From Candidatus Poribacteria bacterium (GTDB taxonomy: Bacteria > Poribacteria > WGA-4E > GCA-2687025), in assembly GCA_018644665.1 (NCBI GenBank), contig JABGQA010000077.1:3263-67262 (forward strand): DNA of 64,000 nt, in the 5' to 3' direction. Each line of letters opens with the position of its first letter. Position 1 is the stretch's first letter. This document shows, piece by piece, positions 58,678-64,000 of this stretch. The position numbers and the translations under genes are program-made. The notes beneath the pieces are model-generated. The model was given only the letters and a program-made list of their open reading frames with translations. It had not been told where the DNA came from and made no database searches.

Positions 58678-59430
58678 ATGCGCAAACGCATGACATTCAG
58701 TCTCGCACTGGCGGCGACCGTCGCCATCTCGCCCGCGTTCGCGGCCACGTTCCAGCACACCGCGTCCGATGTATGGATCGCGAAGTGGTTCGCGATGGAA
58801 AACGTCATGAACAACGGGGGCTTTGCGGTCTCCGGTGGGATCGACTACTTCGCCGAGGGCACGGGCGGCGACCTCACGTACGAGTTCGTGTCCACCACTA
58901 AGGGCCTCGGCGACCTGAGCCGCGCGGAGATCTCCTTGGACGACGCGCACGCAGGTCTCGGCATGGGCGAGGACGGCGTCTGGGACTGGGAAGTCGTCGA
59001 GATCGACACCGACGACTCCAACAACATGTCCACCGGCTGGGGCATGGTCGCATCGGACAACTTCACCTGGCACGGCATCATCGTCATGAAGGCGCCGTCC
59101 GCGCGCTCTACGACGATGCACCCCGCCCACGACGACTACGCGCAGATATGGATCAACGGCGAACTTGTCTATGACAACGACCAATGGACCGGCGGCGTCA
59201 AGACTGTCACGCAGCCAATGGACGTTGATCTCGTGCAAGGGGACAACGTCGTCCTGTTCAAGTGCGGGGAGTCCGGCGGCGACGACTACATCAACCTCCA
59301 CTTCGAGGACAGCGACAGCGACATCGACATCGTCCCGACCGAAGAGGGTGATTTCTGGATCTACGCCGGCCTCGCGGTCGAAGCGCGGGACAAGGCCTCA
59401 ACAACGTGGGGCGAGCTGAAGGCGCGATAG
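58678..59430 (+). CDS. secreted PA14/jelly-roll-like protein with C-terminal tail (paralog 2)
   Basis: Same motifs; tail AVEARDKASTTWGELK. Confidence 0.85.
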   Translation: MRKRMTFSLALAATVAISPAFAATFQHTASDVWIAKWFAMENVMNNGGFAVSGGIDYFAEGTGGDLTYEFVSTTKGLGDLSRAEISLDDAHAGLGMGEDGVWDWEVVEIDTDDSNNMSTGWGMVASDNFTWHGIIVMKAPSARSTTMHPAHDDYAQIWINGELVYDNDQWTGGVKTVTQPMDVDLVQGDNVVLFKCGESGGDDYINLHFEDSDSDIDIVPTEEGDFWIYAGLAVEARDKASTTWGELKAR

Positions 59431-59467
59431 CGCGTCCCTGCGACGACGACCCGTTCCGTGGGGCGCC

Positions 59468-59496
59468 TTGCGGCCTCGGTCGCGCGGTGCTACTAT
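59468..59496 (+). promoter_or_regulatory. sigma-70 promoter for paralog 3
   Basis: TTGCGG-17bp-TACTAT with TG extension. Confidence 0.6.
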
Positions 59497-59599
59497 CAAT
59501 ACCTCGTCGGCTCCGGCCGGCAGTGTGAGGGGGTGGCGACCGGCCGCGTTGCGGCTCCTGGTTCGGTCACCCAGATTCTCAGTAGGAGACATGCACGAT

Positions 59600-60331
59600 A
59601 TGAAGAGCAAATGGCTCATTGTCAGCGCGTTGGCGCTGAGTTTGGTCGTGAGTGGCGCGGTCGCTCAGGACTGGCAGACGACCGGCGCCGACGCCTGGAT
59701 TGAGGGCTGGCTGGGTCTCGAGATCATCGAGAATAACGGTGGCTTCGCGGCCTCCGGTCTGATCGACTTTATCAGTGAAGGCACCGGCGGCTCGCACACG
59801 CACGAGACCGTGTCCACGCAGAGCGGCGTGCGCGCGACGCAGTCCATGGTTGTGTCGCTTGCCGACTACGGCGGTGACCACACGTGGATGCCGATCACGA
59901 TCGACACCACGGACGGCGACAACATGAACACGTCGTGGGGTCTGGACCCAGGCGCGGACAACACCGAGTGGCACGGCATCATCATCGCGGCTTCGCCCAC
60001 GGCGCAGACCGTGACGATGCACCCGGCCCATGACGACTACCTGCAGGTGTGGCTCAACGGCGCCCAGGTCTACGACAACGACCAGTGGACCGGCGACGTG
60101 CGCGGCGTTACGACCCCGACCGACATCGACCTGAACCAGGGCGGCAACGTCCTGCTCTTCAAGTGCGGTGAGTCCGGCGGCTCGGCTTACGTGAACGTCT
60201 GGTTCGAAGCCGACAACCTCCAGGTCGCACCGACTGTCGACGGTCAGTTCTTCGAGGTCCTCGACCTCGTCGCCGTCGAAGCCAAGGGCAAGGCCAGCGT
60301 GCGTTGGGCAGACCTCAAGGTCGTCCGCTAA
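59600..60331 (+). CDS. secreted PA14/jelly-roll-like protein with C-terminal tail (paralog 3)
   Basis: Signal peptide ending AVA, HPAHDDYLQVWLNG, GGNVLLFKCGE, tail AVEAKGKASVRWADLK. Confidence 0.85.
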   Translation: MKSKWLIVSALALSLVVSGAVAQDWQTTGADAWIEGWLGLEIIENNGGFAASGLIDFISEGTGGSHTHETVSTQSGVRATQSMVVSLADYGGDHTWMPITIDTTDGDNMNTSWGLDPGADNTEWHGIIIAASPTAQTVTMHPAHDDYLQVWLNGAQVYDNDQWTGDVRGVTTPTDIDLNQGGNVLLFKCGESGGSAYVNVWFEADNLQVAPTVDGQFFEVLDLVAVEAKGKASVRWADLKVVR

Positions 60332-60352
60332 GCATCGCTGTACGACTGTTCG

Positions 60353-60386
60353 GAAGAGGGTCCCGTCATTGGACGGGGCCCTCTTC
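60353..60386. terminator. hairpin between convergent genes, probably a bidirectional terminator
   Basis: 15-bp stem GAAGAGGGTCCCGTC / GACGGGGCCCTCTTC with a 4-nt loop. Confidence 0.75.
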
Positions 60387-60417
60387 ACGTACCGACGTGG
60401 GCGGTCGCTAGCGGCCG

Positions 60418-62280
60418 CTACGGCTCCGTGACAACGACGGTGCCGTTGGCGGGTACCTCCACCAGCGCGCTCGTCCGGCCGGACGGCCAGGTCACGTCGA
60501 TCCTCTCGGCTCGCGTGGCCTCCCCGAGACCGAACAGCAGTCGCTGATCGCTCGCCGAGCAGTAGCTCGACCCGCTCTGCACCTCGGCGATTCTGGTCAC
60601 GCCGTTCGCTGTGACATGCACGCGCGCCCCGATGCCGTCACGGTTACTCACCGACCCTTCGACGACCACCCGGAGCCATCCGCTCTCCGACCCGCCGTCG
60701 TTCCGTAGCAGGACGGCCGGCTGGTTCGAATTCGACACCAGCACATCCACGTCCCCGTCGTCGTCGTAGTCCCCGAACGCCGCGCCACGGCCAACATGCC
60801 GCTCATCGAAGTAGGTCCCTGAGGAGTTCGACACGTCCTCGAACACTCCGCCGCCCACGCCGCGGAACAGTTGATCGCGCTGCGGGTACGTGTAGGCGTC
60901 GTTGAGCATCGCGATCACGTCCTGGACGTGGCCGTTGACGACGAACAGGTCGAGGACGCCGTCGTTGTCGAAGTCGGCGAAGTCGGTGCCGAAGGCGGTC
61001 ATTGGGAGCGTGGACGCGCCGACGCTCGCCGCGGCGGTGGCGTCCATGAAGAAGCCCTGCAGGTTGCGATAGAGCGTGTTCGTCTCGGTTGTCGAGTGTA
61101 CAGAGATGAGGTCCAGCCACCCGTCGTCGTCGACGTCGCCGAAGTCGACGCCCATGCCGCCCTCGGGGAGTCCCATGCCGTTGTACCCGCAGCCGGCCAA
61201 CAGGCTGACGTCGGTGAACGTGCCGTCGCCATCGTTCTCGTACAGGAAGTTGCGGGTCGTGTCGTTGGCGACGTAGATGTCCGGTCGGCCGTCGTTGTTG
61301 TAATCGGCGATCGCCACGCCCAAGCCCCGCCCTTCCAGCGGATTCACGACTCCTGCCGCTTCCGACACGTCGGCGAACGTGCCGTCGCCATTGTTGCGAT
61401 AGAGCACATCGCCAACGCCTTCGTAGAGTCGTGGGTGGCAGTACTCGAGCAGGTCGGGGTTGTCCGCGTTCCGGCATGGCGTCATGTCGAGCGGGGCGAC
61501 CAGGTAGTTGACGACGAACAGATCGAGCAGACCGTCGCTATCGTAGTCCAGGAAGGCAGCGCTCGCGCCCCACCGATCGTCGCCGACCCCTGCGGCCTCC
61601 GTGATGTCCGTGAACGACCCGTCGCCGTCGTTCCGGTAGAAGACGTTGGGTCCGTAGTTCGTGATGTATATGTCTTGGTCGCCGTCGTTGTCGTAGTCGG
61701 CTACGGCGATGCCCATGCCGTAGCCGAGGTCGTTGGCGACGCCCGCGGCTTCGGTGACGTCCGTGAATTCGCCATCACCTATGTTCTCGTACAGAGATCC
61801 GCCTGGGTTGTCGGGTGGCCGTTCGTCGGGAAGAAAGCCACTCTGGACGAGGTAGGCGTCGAGGTCGCCGTCGCCGTCGTAGTCGAGGAAGGCGGCGCCG
61901 GAGCCCATCGTCTCGGCGATGTGCTTGCGCCCCGTCATGCCAGCGACGTGCCGGAAGGCGATCCCGGACGACTCGGTCACGTCCGTGAAGCTCAGCGGGC
62001 CGCGCGTGCCGGCCCAGGTCCGTGCCGCAAGTCCTACCAGCACGAACACAACGCAAGCGCGTCCTGCCCACGAGAGCGTGGTCGATCCTTGGAGCCAGTG
62101 CGCGTCTTCCCCTGGCAGGGGAAGATTGAGATGGGGTCCGTCCGCGGTCGGCCGCGCCACAGCGCTCCTACTCAGGTAAGACGCCAGGAAGCGCCGTGTC
62201 GACCACGTGAGTCCGCATGTGGGGCGGGCGCCGCCCACCGTGGTGGACGCAAAAGCGCGTACAGGAACCGGTCGGCGCAT
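60418..62280 (-). CDS. CRTAC1-like ASPIC/UnbV protein with FG-GAP repeats (true start uncertain, probably about 62050-62110)
   Basis: Repeated DYDxDGDxD / FTDVT motifs; NRDGIGARV, SYCSASD.RLLFGLG and VTWPSG of the ASPIC/UnbV domain. Confidence 0.9.
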   Translation of the reverse strand: MRRPVPVRAFASTTVGGARPTCGLTWSTRRFLASYLSRSAVARPTADGPHLNLPLPGEDAHWLQGSTTLSWAGRACVVFVLVGLAARTWAGTRGPLSFTDVTESSGIAFRHVAGMTGRKHIAETMGSGAAFLDYDGDGDLDAYLVQSGFLPDERPPDNPGGSLYENIGDGEFTDVTEAAGVANDLGYGMGIAVADYDNDGDQDIYITNYGPNVFYRNDGDGSFTDITEAAGVGDDRWGASAAFLDYDSDGLLDLFVVNYLVAPLDMTPCRNADNPDLLEYCHPRLYEGVGDVLYRNNGDGTFADVSEAAGVVNPLEGRGLGVAIADYNNDGRPDIYVANDTTRNFLYENDGDGTFTDVSLLAGCGYNGMGLPEGGMGVDFGDVDDDGWLDLISVHSTTETNTLYRNLQGFFMDATAAASVGASTLPMTAFGTDFADFDNDGVLDLFVVNGHVQDVIAMLNDAYTYPQRDQLFRGVGGGVFEDVSNSSGTYFDERHVGRGAAFGDYDDDGDVDVLVSNSNQPAVLLRNDGGSESGWLRVVVEGSVSNRDGIGARVHVTANGVTRIAEVQSGSSYCSASDQRLLFGLGEATRAERIDVTWPSGRTSALVEVPANGTVVVTEP

Positions 62281-62294
62281 GACGGGCGTCGGCC

Positions 62295-62612
62295 CTACCC
62301 GAACAGCCCGGGGATCTTCATACCGCCGGTGACCTTCTCCATCTCTCCCGCGGCCACTTCCTGCGACTTGCGCCGCGCTTCGTTGACGGCGGCCAGGATG
62401 AGGTCTTCCAGCATCTCCACGTCGTCTGGGTCGACGACCTCTGGCGCGATCGTGATCGAGATCACTTCCTGATGCCCGTTGGCCACGACGGTCACCATGC
62501 CCCCGCCGACCTTGACCTCCACGGTACGATGCGCAAGCTCTTCCTGGACCTCGAGCATCCGCTTCTGCATCTTTTGGGCCTGCTTCATGAGGCCGCCCAT
62601 GCCCTGATTCAC
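62295..62612 (-). CDS. ybaB: YbaB/EbfC nucleoid-associated protein
   Basis: [34 protein letters not shown]; GTG start after AAGGAG; follows dnaX. Confidence 0.95.
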   Translation of the reverse strand: MNQGMGGLMKQAQKMQKRMLEVQEELAHRTVEVKVGGGMVTVVANGHQEVISITIAPEVVDPDDVEMLEDLILAAVNEARRKSQEVAAGEMEKVTGGMKIPGLFG

Positions 62613-62622
62613 GCGCATCTCC

Positions 62623-64000
62623 TTATTCGCTGGCGTCCTCGATGTCACCCGTGAACACCGCCAGAACGAGCTGTTCCTGCTCTTCGTGTTCGTCGTCGGT
62701 CATCTGTTCGTGGGCGCGTTCCGCCCGGCCCGTCTGCGCGTCCTGGCCGATTGTGAAGACCACCGGGTGGGAGCCACCCAGGATCTCCGCGAGGATGTCG
62801 TCGATGACGCCCGACTTCGCCTTCGCCCGGTTCAGGTTGATCATGCTACGGAACGTGAGGACGACACTGTCGCCGCGCACGCCTGGCGTCGCTTCGTGAA
62901 GCGGCCCGGCCAGCGGCCCGTCACGTTGCGCTACGGTCTCCAGGACGACCTTCCAGATGGTCTCCAGACCCTCTTCCGTCAGCGGCTCCCGATTCGGCTC
63001 GGGCGTGGACGCTGGGACTTCCTCGGGAGCCGCCTCGGGTGCGTCGGGTGTCGGCTCGCCCTCCGATACCAGGCCGGGCGCTTCCTCGACCGGGCGAGGC
63101 TCCACAACCGGCGTGGGCCGGGCGGTTTCGACGATCGGTGGAGGAGCAGCCTGCGCGGCGGCCACTTGGCGGATTCCGACCCCCTCGCTCGCTACGCGGG
63201 CCTCGAGTTCCTGGAGCTGATCGACGACCATCTCCAGCGGGATCGGATCCTCGGCGTGACAGATGTCGAGTAGGGCGAGTTCGAAGTTATACGCGTCGTA
63301 TCCAAGCGTCTTGATGTCGCGCTCAGCGTGCATGAGTGTCTTGATAGCCCATTGCACGCGTCCGCGATCCAGCCGCTCCGCCTGCTCCCGCATCTGCTCG
63401 ATCAGCGATTCGGAGCCCTGCACGGTAGCGGCCAAGTCCGCGTGGATCTTCAGACGCATTAGGCCCTGGAAGTGTCCCACCAGGTAGCGCAGGCACTGCG
63501 TCACATCGGCGCCCTGCCCGACCAGCTCCTGAACGCAGCGCACCGTCGCGGGGGCATCCCGAGAGATAATCGCTTCTATGAGCTGACCGACGACGTACGC
63601 GGAGCCGAACCCGAGGATGCGACTGACGTCGTCGGCCGTCGCGGAGCCGTCGCTATAGACGATGATCTGCTCGAGGATGCTCTGGGCATCCCGCAGACAG
63701 CCTTCGGATTGCTGCGCGATCAGCCCGAGGGCGTCCGCGTCGACTTCGACCTCCTCGGAGGCGAGTAGTTCTTCCAGGCGCGCCGTGATCTCGGCGTGCG
63801 CCATGCGGTGGAACTCGAATTGCTGGCAGCGCGAGAGGATCGTCGGTGGGAACCGATCCTTCTCAGTGCTGGCGAAGACGAAGATGACGTGCGGCGGCGG
63901 CTCCTCCAAAGTCTTGAGGAACGCGTTCCACGCCGGCGTGCTCAGCATGTGGGCTTCGTCGATGATGTAGACGCGGTACTGCGACGACACCGTCCCCAAT
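62623..64000 (-). CDS. dnaX: DNA polymerase III subunit gamma/tau (5' end outside window)
   Basis: [35 protein letters not shown]; Pro/Glu-rich linker and C-terminal tau-like domain. Confidence 0.96.
   Translation of the reverse strand, partial: LGTVSSQYRVYIIDEAHMLSTPAWNAFLKTLEEPPPHVIFVFASTEKDRFPPTILSRCQQFEFHRMAHAEITARLEELLASEEVEVDADALGLIAQQSEGCLRDAQSILEQIIVYSDGSATADDVSRILGFGSAYVVGQLIEAIISRDAPATVRCVQELVGQGADVTQCLRYLVGHFQGLMRLKIHADLAATVQGSESLIEQMREQAERLDRGRVQWAIKTLMHAERDIKTLGYDAYNFELALLDICHAEDPIPLEMVVDQLQELEARVASEGVGIRQVAAAQAAPPPIVETARPTPVVEPRPVEEAPGLVSEGEPTPDAPEAAPEEVPASTPEPNREPLTEEGLETIWKVVLETVAQRDGPLAGPLHEATPGVRGDSVVLTFRSMINLNRAKAKSGVIDDILAEILGGSHPVVFTIGQDAQTGRAERAHEQMTDDEHEEQEQLVLAVFTGDIEDASE

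Noticed and set aside
60418-62000. Periodic GTCGCCGTCGTTGTCGTAGTC-like repeats as a CRISPR or DNA repeat array
   Set aside because: They encode the FG-GAP DYDxDGD protein repeats and vary at synonymous positions.
60871-62472. Long antisense or alternative-frame ORFs (for example 533 aa here, 508 aa at 52534, 360 aa at 3550)
   Set aside because: Shadow ORFs of high-GC coding sequence that overlap well-supported genes and have no recognisable motifs.
62295-64000. dnaX programmed frameshift site; missing recR after ybaB
   Set aside because: No A-AAA-AAG or long A tract is visible, and separation of recR from dnaX-ybaB is common.

Overview
High-GC bacterial chromosomal segment with about 57 genes; I could not support any tRNA, rRNA, CRISPR array or intact mobile element. 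The gene content (DUF6785-type membrane protein, LamG protein, three PhyH dioxygenases, ASPIC/UnbV protein, secreted proteins ending in an AVxxxGKxxTTWxxLK tail) suggests Candidatus Poribacteria; this is inference, as no marker gene is present. Housekeeping genes include def, larE, a group-2 sigma-70, rpsT, sthA, amtB, pduO, panE, ybaB and a partial dnaX. Main points of interest: (1) a conserved C-terminal tail on five secreted proteins of three unrelated folds, a candidate protein-sorting signal; (2) a locus with a histidine kinase lacking its His, a NarL-type regulator lacking its Asp, and a divergent membrane-anchored NHL propeller bracketed by two CxxCH heme motifs; (3) a heptaheme c / cytochrome b / OTR-like octaheme respiratory operon; (4) three tandem PA14-like secreted paralogs, each with its own promoter; (5) a candidate 6S-like structured RNA near 51.6-51.75 kb; (6) three interrupted genes. 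All family assignments come from motif recognition by eye; no database searches were run.
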